Positions 8,400 to 18,483 of a DNA stretch of 32,000 nt are shown here, piece after piece (positions within the stretch are counted from its first letter, which is position 1; every line of letters begins with the position of its first letter). The stretch is from NCBI RefSeq assembly GCF_000341395.1, contig NC_020304.1:1950001-1982000 (forward strand), given 5' to 3'. Source of the stretch: Desulfocapsa sulfexigens DSM 10523 (GTDB taxonomy: Bacteria; Desulfobacterota; Desulfobulbia; Desulfobulbales; Desulfocapsaceae). The position numbers were made by a program, and so were the translations under genes. Under the pieces are notes generated by a model, which worked only from the letters and a program-made list of their open reading frames with translations, had not been told where the DNA came from and ran no database searches.

Positions 8400-9857
8400 C
8401 TATTTTTCCCAGAACGAGGGGAAAAAGAGAACAAGCGCGGAAAACATCTCCAGCCGTCCCACCAGCATATTCCAGGAAAGAAACCACTTGCCAATGTCTG
8501 AAATGAAGGCAAAATTATGGCTGGGGCCTACGGCTCCAAATCCAGGGCCGATATTCATAAGTGCCGCAATAACCGAACTTATAGCCGAACTGTAGTTCAT
8601 ATTGTCGGTGAGCGTCATGACAAATCCGCCAACCAGAACCATGAAAATGTTGATAATAAAGTAGCAGAGGGCCAGACTGATAATGTCGTCATCAATCGTC
8701 CGGCCATTAAGTCGCAATGAAACAACAGCCATCGGTTGAAAGAAGATTTTCCGGATCGATGCGTACATGTACTTGCAGATGATAACATAGTGGACAACCT
8801 TAATGCCGCTTGTGGTTGATCCGGCGCAGGCGCCAACAAAGCAGACTACGAAAAGGAGCATCTGGGCAGAGTGTGGCCAAAGCTCATAGTCTGCAGTTCC
8901 AAAACCCGTTGTGGTAAGAAGTGAAACAATCTGAAAAGTTCCGTATCGGAGAGCATCGGAAATGTTGTGATAGGTTCCCTTTGTCCATAAAATAAGAGTA
9001 ATGGCTCCACAGAAAAAAAACAGAAAACCAAGGTACCAGCGAAGTTCCGTGTTTATTTTGAGGGCATTAGTATCCCCTCGCAACACTTGATAGATCAAAA
9101 CAAAACTCAAACCGCCGAGAAACATAAAAAGAATAATAATCCAATCAAAATAGGCATTGTTGTAGGCACCTATGCTGGCATTTCTTGTTGAATATCCAGA
9201 GGTCGAAACGGTTCCAAATGCAGTGCAGAGTGAATCAAAAAGGGGCATCCCGCCAAGGGCGAGCAGTATGATCTGGATACAATTCAGCCCAATATAAATC
9301 CACCACAGCATAACCATGGTGTCGCGGTTCCGAGGTTTAAATTTATCTTTAGTGATGACCTGGCCGGGACTCGATTCGGCACGAAAGAGGCGTAGTCCTC
9401 CCATGCCATGGGGAAGAAAAATGATTGCCAGAGTCAGGAAGCCCATGCCGCCGAGGAGGTGGGTCTGGCTTCGCCAGAATAATAAACCATGGGGAACGGC
9501 TTCAATATCATTCAGGATGGTGGCGCCTGTTGTTGTGTAGCCAGAAATCATCTCGAAAAAGGCGTCGGTGAAGGATGGGATAGAGCCGTGAATCATATAC
9601 GGGATGGCAGAGAACGCCGACACAACGACCCAGCCGACCACAGCAATAAAGAATCCATCTTTTATCTGCAGATCATTGTTTTTTCGGAAGGCTATAAAAA
9701 GTGGAATTCCAGCCCCGGTAGTAATAGCAAAAGAATAGAGTAACGGGAGGAGATCGTTTTCCTGATAGAGGATGGAACAGGCAATGGGGAGCGACATGGA
9801 GCAGCCGGTAACGATAAGCAATATTCCGATGACATGGGCTATTGATGCAAAATTCAT
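8400..9857 (-). CDS. trkH: Trk-type potassium transporter membrane subunit TrkH
   Basis: 485 aa polytopic protein. Repeated pore-loop-like TTTGAT, TVSTSGY, LTTTGFG and AGSTTSGIK segments. Confidence 0.9.
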   Translation of the reverse strand: MNFASIAHVIGILLIVTGCSMSLPIACSILYQENDLLPLLYSFAITTGAGIPLFIAFRKNNDLQIKDGFFIAVVGWVVVSAFSAIPYMIHGSIPSFTDAFFEMISGYTTTGATILNDIEAVPHGLLFWRSQTHLLGGMGFLTLAIIFLPHGMGGLRLFRAESSPGQVITKDKFKPRNRDTMVMLWWIYIGLNCIQIILLALGGMPLFDSLCTAFGTVSTSGYSTRNASIGAYNNAYFDWIIILFMFLGGLSFVLIYQVLRGDTNALKINTELRWYLGFLFFFCGAITLILWTKGTYHNISDALRYGTFQIVSLLTTTGFGTADYELWPHSAQMLLFVVCFVGACAGSTTSGIKVVHYVIICKYMYASIRKIFFQPMAVVSLRLNGRTIDDDIISLALCYFIINIFMVLVGGFVMTLTDNMNYSSAISSVIAALMNIGPGFGAVGPSHNFAFISDIGKWFLSWNMLVGRLEMFSALVLFFPSFWEK

Positions 9858-9861
9858 GGTA

Positions 9862-10689
9862 TTAGTTACCCGTTTTCCACCAGATCAACGCCCAGCGCGA
9901 CGGGAATTGCCTGTTTATTGTTATCTCACCACTGTCCGCCAACCTGCTGTTGTCCTGAATATATTTTGCTAGTTTACGCTCGTCTTCTCTTGTGAGATCT
10001 TTGAACATCCAGCGGTACGATTCTAGGGCCGTGTCCACGGAAGAGAACGTGACTGTTTTTTCCAGGCTAATGACGTCAACATTGGGGTGGATGCCCATGG
10101 AGTAAAGGGTGTTTATCGTATAAATATAGTCGGGACCGGATCGAAAGGGTCGGCCAAGGGCTGTGAAGGCGCCATTATCAAAGGGGGTGGGATTGATACG
10201 GTCAACAACAAAAACAGAGTCACTGGCATAGTCGTTGAGTTTGGCAAGAGCGCTCTGGAGGTTGGCAACGCTCAGAGAGCGTGAGGCAATGCAGATATCG
10301 TGTCTTTCAATGTTCAGCTTTTCCCAGTCATCCTCCCATGAACCAAGCACCGTCCTGATGTTGGTGCTGCCCTGTTCCCGTGCCAGATCGTTTAGGGTTG
10401 CAAGCATTCCTTCGGAGTAGTCAATAGCTGTAATCGAATCTACCCTGGAAGCTAATGGCAGAGACAGGGTTCCTGGACCAGATCCGGCATCGAGGATTGT
10501 GGTGCTTTTGGTGACGGGGATATGCTGAAGAACACGATTCACAAAAGGGGAATCACTGTTTCTTTTTGCAAAGGAAATAGCTTTTTTGTCCCAGTCTGCC
10601 GGACCCTTGGCTGTCCAGGACTTCTGGGCCCTGGCATTTTGCCAAAGCGTATGCCAGTCAAGGTCATCGTATGTTATTTCAGGATGCAT
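9862..10689 (-). CDS. Class I SAM-dependent methyltransferase of unknown substrate
   Basis: Motif I ILDAGSGPGTLSLPLA. I take the real start as MHPEITYDDL (ATG 10689). The track ORF extends to 11022 only because the antisense strand of rpmH is open. Confidence 0.7.
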   Translation of the reverse strand: MHPEITYDDLDWHTLWQNARAQKSWTAKGPADWDKKAISFAKRNSDSPFVNRVLQHIPVTKSTTILDAGSGPGTLSLPLASRVDSITAIDYSEGMLATLNDLAREQGSTNIRTVLGSWEDDWEKLNIERHDICIASRSLSVANLQSALAKLNDYASDSVFVVDRINPTPFDNGAFTALGRPFRSGPDYIYTINTLYSMGIHPNVDVISLEKTVTFSSVDTALESYRWMFKDLTREDERKLAKYIQDNSRLADSGEITINRQFPSRWALIWWKTGN

Positions 10690-10781
10690 GAATTGTTTCT
10701 TCACCTTCAACGTTAAACTAAAAAAACCCTCCGGGAGATTAGCACAGGCAAAATGCTTGTGCAAGGTATCGCGGAAAAAGT

Positions 10782-10810
10782 TTGACAGTTTTCGGGCAAT
10801 ATGGTTAATG
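10782..10810 (+). promoter_or_regulatory. Candidate sigma70-type promoter for rpmH (TTGACA, 17-nt spacer, TTAATG)
   Basis: The hexamers were read from the sequence ~160 nt upstream of the rpmH ATG. The -10 element is weak. Confidence 0.3.
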
Positions 10811-10971
10811 TTACCTCTTTGTTGATTTTGAGTCCCTGCGAATAGTTGAGGTTCAGTGACAAGGTTGTGCAGGGCAAAGTATCCGGGAATGACAACGAAT
10901 CTCTGTTTCTTGAATAAATACCCGGTTTTAAATGTGAATAATCCGCAGTCTTTGCGGACAAGGAGTAAGTG

Positions 10972-11109
<138 letters not shown>

Positions 11110-11115
11110 TTAACG

Positions 11116-11448
11116 TTGCCGAGGTGTAAACTCCCGAAAACTGCTCTACTTCGTAAGGGCCGGGAGTTTGATAGGGTGTATCAGCGAGGTATACGGCGAC
11201 ATCATAAAGGGTTCAGCTTGATCTTTTGTCCCAATGAGTTGGGATATAATAGAATTGGAATCAGTATTCATCGAAAGCTGAAAGGGGCGGTTAAACGTAA
11301 CAGGATAAAGCGGATTGTTCGTGAATCGTTTCGTTTAGAAAGATCGCTTTACCCCGTTTGTGCTGATATTGTTTTCGCTGTTCGCCCTGATTTTTCCCTG
11401 ACATCTCCAGCCGAGATTAGTTCCACCGTAACAGAACTTGGAACGTGA
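11116..11448 (+). CDS. rnpA: Ribonuclease P protein component
   Basis: TTG start 7 nt after rpm[12 protein letters not shown] and the RNR motif [11 protein letters not shown]. Confidence 0.9.
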   Translation: MPRCKLPKTALLRKGREFDRVYQRGIRRHHKGFSLIFCPNELGYNRIGISIHRKLKGAVKRNRIKRIVRESFRLERSLYPVCADIVFAVRPDFSLTSPAEISSTVTELGT

Positions 11449-11501
11449 AGCATGTGCAATTCCTGGATAACTACCTGTATATTTTCTTTTTTGTTTCTTC
11501 A

Positions 11502-11813
11502 ATGAAGATTCGTTCATTGATCCAAAAGATCCCCCTTGGTCTGATTCGGGGCTACCGGTATATCATTTCTCCGCTTCTTCCTCCCAGTTGTCGTTTTACC
11601 CCTACCTGCTCCTGCTATGCAATTGAGGCCATAGAATCACATGGTACATTGCGGGGCCTTCTGCTCTCACTTGGTCGAATATTGCGTTGTCATCCGTTTT
11701 GTCGGGGGGGCTATGATCCTGTTCCGCCTGCCAAAGGCGATGGGAAAGCCACCAGGAACAGTGTGATGGGGCAGAAAACAGCAGACACACAAGATGCATT
11801 ACTTAGGCGTTGA
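11502..11813 (+). CDS. yidD: Membrane protein insertion efficiency factor YidD (alternative GTG start at 11445)
   Basis: [31 protein letters not shown] and [13 protein letters not shown]. About 30 aa of C-terminal extension. Confidence 0.85.
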   Translation: MKIRSLIQKIPLGLIRGYRYIISPLLPPSCRFTPTCSCYAIEAIESHGTLRGLLLSLGRILRCHPFCRGGYDPVPPAKGDGKATRNSVMGQKTADTQDALLRR

Positions 11814-11856
11814 TGCTATGGCGTCCTTTTTTTCTTTTTTCTAATGTGGTAAAAGT

Positions 11857-13509
11857 ATGGATATTTATAGAACATTTTTAGCGATCATTCTTTCCTTTGT
11901 AATACTCATCGGCTACCAGTACTTCTTTGTGGGGTTTGGCCCTTCCGAAGTTTCCCTTGAAGAGAGTGCAGTCCAGAAAGAATCGGTAGCAACTGAATCC
12001 TCGGTACCCCAGAAAGCGGCAATTACTGCGACACCTGCTACCATGTCAGCGGACGTGCAGAGCATGGTACGTCCAGAGAGGGATGCTCAAACAATAGTTG
12101 TGGATACTGATCTTTATACCGCATCACTGAGTGAAGATGGTGGATCCGTTACAAGCTTTATTCTCAAGGATTATAGAGAAACCTTAGCCGAGGCTTCACT
12201 GGGAATGGAAATGGTGAAGGTAGATGGCACTGAAGGCTTCCCCCTTGAGTTTTCCTGGGGCAGTGTGGCCACGACTGGCACCTTTTATGATGCCGGCGGC
12301 AGTGGTGTAACCTTTCAGGGAAATACCGGTAAGCTGGTGATGAAGGGGCGAGGAAACGGACTCGAGTTAGTACGGGAGTATGTCTTTTCGAAAGACAGCT
12401 ACCTCATGGAGCTGAAAGTCAGGGTCAAAAATGTCTCTTCCGGTGTTCTCCAGGGAAATGCTGCCCTTCATCAGTCTAACACGCCATTTAGGGAAACAGG
12501 GCCAGGAAGTCAGTTTCTCTTTATCGGTCCTGCCTATTTCATGAACGAATCTCTGACAGAAGTGGATTCTGACCTCTACGAATCCGGTCCTGGTACTGTC
12601 TCCGGTCAAATGGATTGGGCAGGATATGAGGGGACCTACTTTATCTGTGCCATTCTGCCACAGGACAAGAGTGCAACTTCACTGACTATGGCATCATTTG
12701 GTGAGGATGGTGTCAAAATGCAGATGAACAGCGATCTTGATACGCTCCAACCGGGAGAAGAGAAGGTGTACAGTTATAAACTTTTCTTTGGTCCTAAAAA
12801 ACTTGATGTTTTAAAATCAATTGGCTCAAATTTAAATAAAGCCGTCAACTTTGGCTGGTTTGATGTGATTGCTCAACCCACGCTCTACCTCCTTAATTTC
12901 TTTTATGGAATTGTTAAGAATTACGGTATTGCCATTATTCTGGTGACCATCATTTTCAAGGCAATTTTCTGGCCCATCACTCAAAAGGGCCTGAAGTCTA
13001 TGAAAAATATGCAGAAACTGCAGCCGAAAATGGCAAAGCTCAAAGAAAAATATAAGGGTGATCCTACAAAGATGAATCAGGAGGTAATGAACCTGTATAA
13101 AACCTATAAGGTAAATCCACTCGGTGGTTGTTTACCCATGGTTTTACAGATTCCTGTTTTCTTTGCCCTGTATAAGGTCCTCCTTATGTGTATCGAGTTA
13201 CGCCATGCACCTTTTATGCTCTGGATTACAGATCTTTCCGCTCCGGATCGACTGTTTATCGGCATCGATATTCCCTATGTGGGAGGAATTCCGGTTCTCA
13301 CCCTGTTGATGGGTGGATCCATGTTTTTGCAGCAGAAGATGACACCAACCACGGCTGATCCTACTCAGGCCAAAATTATGATGTTTCTGCCTGTCCTGTT
13401 TACTTTTATGTTTATTAATTTCGCTTCTGGTCTGGTGCTTTACTGGTTCGTCAATAACCTGCTTGCCATTTTCCAGCAGCAGATGATTAATCGCCAGAAA
13501 AAGGCTTAA
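11857..13509 (+). CDS. yidC: Membrane protein insertase YidC
   Basis: 550 aa. N-terminal TM, large periplasmic domain, and conserved PLGGCLPMVLQIPVFFALY. Confidence 0.95.
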   Translation: MDIYRTFLAIILSFVILIGYQYFFVGFGPSEVSLEESAVQKESVATESSVPQKAAITATPATMSADVQSMVRPERDAQTIVVDTDLYTASLSEDGGSVTSFILKDYRETLAEASLGMEMVKVDGTEGFPLEFSWGSVATTGTFYDAGGSGVTFQGNTGKLVMKGRGNGLELVREYVFSKDSYLMELKVRVKNVSSGVLQGNAALHQSNTPFRETGPGSQFLFIGPAYFMNESLTEVDSDLYESGPGTVSGQMDWAGYEGTYFICAILPQDKSATSLTMASFGEDGVKMQMNSDLDTLQPGEEKVYSYKLFFGPKKLDVLKSIGSNLNKAVNFGWFDVIAQPTLYLLNFFYGIVKNYGIAIILVTIIFKAIFWPITQKGLKSMKNMQKLQPKMAKLKEKYKGDPTKMNQEVMNLYKTYKVNPLGGCLPMVLQIPVFFALYKVLLMCIELRHAPFMLWITDLSAPDRLFIGIDIPYVGGIPVLTLLMGGSMFLQQKMTPTTADPTQAKIMMFLPVLFTFMFINFASGLVLYWFVNNLLAIFQQQMINRQKKA

Positions 13510-13532
13510 CTTTTTTTATGTCAGCTTTACTG

Positions 13533-13563
13533 AGACCCGTAGTCTGTAGCACCGGGTCTTTTT
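13533..13563 (+). terminator. Rho-independent terminator after yidC
   Basis: AGACCCG, 13-nt loop, CGGGTCT, followed by TTTTT. Confidence 0.6.
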
Positions 13564-13597
13564 AAGACTGACGATTCCTGCAAGGATGAAATAAAAT

Positions 13598-14542
13598 ATG
13601 TCTGCAGCAAAAATAGATTTTTACGGCAAAGAAGTAACCGATGCCATTGAAAAAGCCTGCGATACCCTGCGGGTGCCTCAGGAAGAACTTGACATTGAGG
13701 TTGTGGAGACTGGTTCTCTTGGTATTTTTGGGCTTATTCGTAAGAAGGCCCATATTCGTGCAGTTGTGAAGGGGCTCGGGATTATTTCTGATGCTGGGGT
13801 ACAGGAAGAAAAGCACGAGGTCTCAGCTCCTGTAAAACCTTCCAGGGCGAAAGCTAAGGTAAAAGCCCAGAAAACTGCAGCACCGGAGAAGGTCACTGTT
13901 GCTGCTGAAACGAATGAAAATGAAACGATTGTAGAAGCAGTTGCGAAAGAAGAGGTAAAAAAGCAGTCTGCACCCGAAAAAACTCCAGTTGAAATTCAGC
14001 CCGAGAGTGTGGAGTTTGTCAGGCTGCAACTGGAAGAACTTTTAAAGTTAATGGCATTTCCTTCCGAGGTTACGGCAGAACTGGAAGACGGGACGATACG
14101 TTGTCAGGTTGGTGATGAGTATGAGGAGGCACTGACTGGGCAGGATGGAAAAATAATAGATTCACTCCAGTACCTTCTTCGGAAACTTGCAGCACGGCAT
14201 GTTGAAGAAAAAATTCATCTTTCTATTGATGTTGGAGAATTTCGTGAGAAGCGTAAAGTCGAACTGATGGAACGGGCAAAAGAGCTCGCTGCTTTGGTTA
14301 AGGAAGATGGGAAAACCCAGGCCATCCCGCCGTTGAATCCTTCTGAACGCCGTATAGTTCATGTTGCCCTTCAGGAAGATAAGGATATTCGTTCACGGAG
14401 TGTTGGGGATGGATTGTTCAAGAAAATTCTTATCTATAAGCCCGGTAAAGGAAAACCTCCTGGCACTGGAAAGCGTGGCGGGAGAGGTAGGCGTGGTAAG
14501 GCTGGTAGTGGGCAGAAACCGCAAGAGAGTAATGACTCTTAA
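13598..14542 (+). CDS. Jag/KhpB-type RNA-binding protein (Jag_N, KH, R3H) with a Gly/Arg/Lys-rich tail
   Basis: N-terminus FYGKEVTDAIEKACDTL, R3H region SERRIVHVALQ, and tail GKGKPPGTGKRGGRGRRGKAGSG. It occupies the canonical position after yidC. Confidence 0.85.
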   Translation: MSAAKIDFYGKEVTDAIEKACDTLRVPQEELDIEVVETGSLGIFGLIRKKAHIRAVVKGLGIISDAGVQEEKHEVSAPVKPSRAKAKVKAQKTAAPEKVTVAAETNENETIVEAVAKEEVKKQSAPEKTPVEIQPESVEFVRLQLEELLKLMAFPSEVTAELEDGTIRCQVGDEYEEALTGQDGKIIDSLQYLLRKLAARHVEEKIHLSIDVGEFREKRKVELMERAKELAALVKEDGKTQAIPPLNPSERRIVHVALQEDKDIRSRSVGDGLFKKILIYKPGKGKPPGTGKRGGRGRRGKAGSGQKPQESNDS

Positions 14543-14564
14543 GTGATTCTTCTTGAAAAATCTC

Positions 14565-15950
14565 ATGGATAGCAGAGATACCATTGGTGCCATTTCCACC
14601 CCACCTGGATCTGGGGGGATAGGTATTATCCGTATGAGCGGGCCTGATGCCCTTGCTCACCTGAAAGCTGTTTTTCAGCCCCTCAGTAAAACATGTTCTT
14701 TTGAAAGCCATCGCCTCTATTATGGCCGTGTTGTTCATCCCGACGATAAAAAAAATCTTGATGAGGTGCTGGCCGTTTTTATGGCAGCACCAAAAACCTA
14801 TACTCGAGAAGATGTTGTCGAAATTCATTGTCATGGAAATTTTCTTGTACTGCAGTCCATCCTGGAATTGCTGCTAAATCTTGGCGTTCGCCTCGCTGCC
14901 CCTGGAGAATTCACTAAACTTGCTTATTTGAATGGACGGATAGATCTGACACAGGCTGAAGCCGTTATTGATATTCTGTCAGCCAGAACGCGAAAAGGCA
15001 TGGATATGGCCCTTGATCAGCTTGGCGGGGCTTTGTACAAAGAAGTTGACGCTATTCGTACTTCCCTTGTGCAGATGCGTGCTGTAGTAGAGGTTGCTAT
15101 TGATTTTCCCGATGAGGATGTCGAGATTGTAAACTACGCGTCTCTTCTCAAACAAGTTCGCAATGAAGTTCTCATTCCTCTTGAAAAACTGCTTCGTCAG
15201 GCAGAGGCCGGGAAAATATTCCGTGACGGCATCTCTGTGGTCATAGTGGGACTGCCTAATGTGGGAAAATCCAGTCTGCTCAATACTCTGCTGCAGGAAG
15301 AACGTGCCCTCGTAACAGCCATTCCCGGCACCACCCGTGATACCATCGAAGAGTATCTTGATATACAGGGGGTTCCCGTACGTATTGTGGATACCGCCGG
15401 TATCCGGAGTGAAGCTGATGAAGTTGAAAAGCTAGGGATTGAGCGTGCCAGGAAACAGATAGACCAGGCAGATCTCGTCCTTTTTATGGTTGATGGCAGC
15501 AGGGGCATCCAGGCAGAGGACCGGCAACTGTTTGAGACCGTGAATCATAAGCCTTTGCTTGTAGTTTCCAATAAGAGTGACTTGACCTCCACGATAATTG
15601 AAACAGGCGATTTAGGTTTTCAGGGCGACATTCATTCCTGCATTTACATTTCTGCGAAGAAACAGCAGGGTATTGAAGAATTGAAAGATGCGATCTTCAC
15701 AAATGTTGTTGGTGGAAAGGATCAGTGGCAGGAAGAAGGATGCGTACCGAATATCAGGCACAAAGCTGCTCTTTTGAATGCAAAAGAGTCCGTGGTGAGA
15801 CTTGGAGAGGGGCTTGCCATGGAAGCGACCAGTGATCTGCTTGCCATTGATCTGCAGGATTCCCTGGAGCAACTTAATGATATCGTAGGGATTACGACGA
15901 CAGAAGATGTTCTTGACGTCATCTTTGAACAGTTTTGCCTGGGGAAGTAA
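14565..15950 (+). CDS. mnmE: tRNA modification GTPase MnmE (alternative TTG start at 14553)
   Basis: DTIGAISTP, G1 GLPNVGKSSLLN, G3 DTAGIR, G4 NKSDL, and the C-terminal CLGK. Confidence 0.95.
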   Translation: MDSRDTIGAISTPPGSGGIGIIRMSGPDALAHLKAVFQPLSKTCSFESHRLYYGRVVHPDDKKNLDEVLAVFMAAPKTYTREDVVEIHCHGNFLVLQSILELLLNLGVRLAAPGEFTKLAYLNGRIDLTQAEAVIDILSARTRKGMDMALDQLGGALYKEVDAIRTSLVQMRAVVEVAIDFPDEDVEIVNYASLLKQVRNEVLIPLEKLLRQAEAGKIFRDGISVVIVGLPNVGKSSLLNTLLQEERALVTAIPGTTRDTIEEYLDIQGVPVRIVDTAGIRSEADEVEKLGIERARKQIDQADLVLFMVDGSRGIQAEDRQLFETVNHKPLLVVSNKSDLTSTIIETGDLGFQGDIHSCIYISAKKQQGIEELKDAIFTNVVGGKDQWQEEGCVPNIRHKAALLNAKESVVRLGEGLAMEATSDLLAIDLQDSLEQLNDIVGITTTEDVLDVIFEQFCLGK

Positions 15951-15953
15951 GCG

Positions 15954-16982
15954 TTGCAGAAGCTGAAAGTTGCAGTCAATGGCTTTGGCCGTATAGGACG
16001 CTGTGTCATACGTGCAATTTATGAGCGGAACCTGCATGCTAGTGTGGATGTTGTCGCTATTAATGAACTGGCGGACACTGAAACCATGGCCTACATGCTG
16101 CGTTATGACAGCACCCATGGAAGATTCTTTCGTGAGGTCTCGGTTGCAGGCGATTTTTTAAGCGTCGATGGTAACGCTATTCGGATTCTGCACCACGAAT
16201 CTCTCGGGCAGCTTCCCTGGGGTGAGTATGAGGTTGATCTGGTACTCGATTGTACCGGTCGCTATAAAAAAAAGTGCGACCTTGAAGTTCATCTGAATCG
16301 GGGAGCAAAAAAAGTTCTCTTGAGTCAACCGGGTGCCGGGGTTGATTTCACCCTGATTGCAGGCCTTAATCAGGATCTCTTGCAGCCAGAACACAGCATC
16401 ATCTCTCTTGGTTCCTGTTCAACGAATTGCATTCTGCCACTCTTCTCTCTGCTGGATAAAGAATTTGGTATAAAGCGGGGAGTTACAACTACAATTCATT
16501 CCGCTATGAACGATCAGCCTGTGATTGATGCCTATAGCAGTGATCTGCGGCGTACCAGGGCTGCAGTTGCCAGTATTATTCCGGTGAACACAGCACTTGC
16601 AAGGGGGATTTCCCGATTGATGCCCCACCTTCATGGCCGTATTGAAAGCCTGCACCTGCGTGTACCCACCTTAAATGTTTCGGTTATGGATTTGAGTTTG
16701 CAGGTAAAGAAAGATATCAGTGCTGAACAGGTGAACGTGTTGATTGAAAAAGCAAGCTCCGGGTGTTTGCGTGAGATTATAGGGTTTACCAGAGAGCCAC
16801 ACGCTTCGGTGGACTTTAATCACGATGCTCGCAGTGGGATTGTAGACGCCTCACAGACCCGGGTAAGTGGTCGGCGTCTGCTGAAGATGCTGGTATGGTT
16901 CGATAATGAGTGGGGCTTTGCAAATCGTATGGTGGATGCCTTGGAGAATCCTCACCTCCTGTCTGGATTGATTGAATCCTGA
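15954..16982 (+). CDS. epd: Erythrose-4-phosphate dehydrogenase-like member of the GAPDH family
   Basis: TTG start 3 nt after the mnmE stop. NGFGRIGR, VVAINELAD, YDSTHGRF, catalytic SCSTNC, LRRTRAA and WFDNEWGFANRM. From memory it matches E. coli Epd more closely than GapA. Confidence 0.75.
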   Translation: MQKLKVAVNGFGRIGRCVIRAIYERNLHASVDVVAINELADTETMAYMLRYDSTHGRFFREVSVAGDFLSVDGNAIRILHHESLGQLPWGEYEVDLVLDCTGRYKKKCDLEVHLNRGAKKVLLSQPGAGVDFTLIAGLNQDLLQPEHSIISLGSCSTNCILPLFSLLDKEFGIKRGVTTTIHSAMNDQPVIDAYSSDLRRTRAAVASIIPVNTALARGISRLMPHLHGRIESLHLRVPTLNVSVMDLSLQVKKDISAEQVNVLIEKASSGCLREIIGFTREPHASVDFNHDARSGIVDASQTRVSGRRLLKMLVWFDNEWGFANRMVDALENPHLLSGLIES

Positions 16983-17043
16983 CCCTGTTACTAATTTCCG
17001 TTTTTCTTCAAATATGTCGAGTGAGCATTTCGGAGTGTGCTGT

Positions 17044-17703
17044 TCAAGCGGTTGTCAGTTTTAGGACCTCCTGAACGAGACGATCGACACCATCACCTAT
17101 CTGATCTACTCGCGAATCAAGCATATAGCAGGGCGTGCTTACTACCTTGTGCTCAGTGTCCACGACTATTTCTCCATGCAAGGTTGTTGTATGATGTGCT
17201 CCCATGGTTTCAATATTGCGAGCGGTGGCGGGGTCCTGACCAACAGTAACGCGCACCTGATTGAGTAGTTTGGCGAGAATAACCGGAGCAATGCAGAGGG
17301 CACCGATGGGTTTTTTGTCTTCGAACATGGCGATAATTGCTTTTTTCACATCTGTGTTGATCGAGCAATCCGGTCCGTCAAAGGCGTAGCTGGAGAGGTT
17401 TTTTGCAGCTCCAAGGCCACCAGGGATGATGATGGCGTCATGGGCAGCAGCATCAAAATCACTGAGGTCACGAACAGCTCCCCTTGCTATGCGGGCGGAC
17501 TCAATGAGTACATTTCGCTGTTCGGTCATCTCCTGTCCAGTGATGTGGTTGAGTACGTGGTGTTGGGTGATATTTGGAGCGTAACATTGATAATCTGCTC
17601 CATTCTTGTGAATGGCCCAGAGGGTGAGCGTGGCTTCGTGAATTTCAGATCCATCACGATTGCCACAGCCTGAGAGGATTACAGCGATAGATTTTTTGCT
17701 CAT
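17044..17703 (-). CDS. elbB: ElbB-type DJ-1/PfpI family protein (glyoxalase-like)
   Basis: IAVILSGCGNRDGSEIHE, IIIPGGLGAAKNL and the nucleophile elbow GALCIAP. Confidence 0.85.
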   Translation of the reverse strand: MSKKSIAVILSGCGNRDGSEIHEATLTLWAIHKNGADYQCYAPNITQHHVLNHITGQEMTEQRNVLIESARIARGAVRDLSDFDAAAHDAIIIPGGLGAAKNLSSYAFDGPDCSINTDVKKAIIAMFEDKKPIGALCIAPVILAKLLNQVRVTVGQDPATARNIETMGAHHTTTLHGEIVVDTEHKVVSTPCYMLDSRVDQIGDGVDRLVQEVLKLTTA

Positions 17704-17726
17704 GGCATTACCTGGAATGATTTGAA

Positions 17727-18251
17727 TTACATGTTGAGGTGGTAGATTGCCTGAAGATTTCTATATTTTTCATCAAAATCAAGGCCATATCCGATAAGAA
17801 ATCCTTGAGAAATTGCAAACCCGGCATAGTCGATGGTGACCTCATGCTCCCTGCGCTCCGACTTGTCAATGAGTGAGCAGATCTTTACAGAAGCAGCACC
17901 CTCCTCACTGAAATGGTTAGCCAGCCACTGCATGGTGAGACCAGTATCGATAATATCTTCAACGAGAAGGACATGCCTGTTTTCTATGGACTGAGCGGGG
18001 CTGGATACCAGAGTGATTTTACCAGTGGAAGAGGAACTCCCACCGTAAGAGGAAACCTGGATAAAATCAGCAGATAGATTAAGATCGATCTCCCTTATCA
18101 GGTCTGCCATAAAGATAAAGGCACCTTTCAGGACACCGATAACAACAAGCTCTTTATCCTGGTAGTCTTTGCTGATTTCCTGGCCGAGTTCTCTGATTCG
18201 ATCATGGATTGCCTGTTTGCTGAGCACGATTTCTTTATTTGAGTAGTCCAT
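17727..18251 (-). CDS. hpt: Hypoxanthine phosphoribosyltransferase
   Basis: VVIGVLKGAFIFMADL and the PRPP loop VLLVEDIIDTGLT. Confidence 0.9.
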   Translation of the reverse strand: MDYSNKEIVLSKQAIHDRIRELGQEISKDYQDKELVVIGVLKGAFIFMADLIREIDLNLSADFIQVSSYGGSSSSTGKITLVSSPAQSIENRHVLLVEDIIDTGLTMQWLANHFSEEGAASVKICSLIDKSERREHEVTIDYAGFAISQGFLIGYGLDFDEKYRNLQAIYHLNM

Positions 18252-18396
18252 GGGGTTTTGTAAAGTCTGTAGAATGGTGATACGTTAGCGTATGAAAATT
18301 AATGTGTCACTATTCAGTAAGTTTTCGCCAAAGTCAAGAGAAAGGAATGCAAAATTGGTTCTGTCGGAATTTGAAAGATGCGCAGGCTTCACCCTG

Positions 18397-18425
18397 TTGA
18401 CAAATCAATCCTCTTAAAGTAGATT
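18397..18425 (+). promoter_or_regulatory. Candidate sigma70-type promoter (TTGACA, 17-nt spacer, TAGATT) for the Fe-S operon
   Basis: The hexamers were read from the sequence 60-90 nt upstream of the first candidate start codons. Confidence 0.35.
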
Positions 18426-18483
18426 ATAAATTTCATTTATGGAATGTATCAGTTAACGTGGTGATTGCAATTACTGTCACCGT

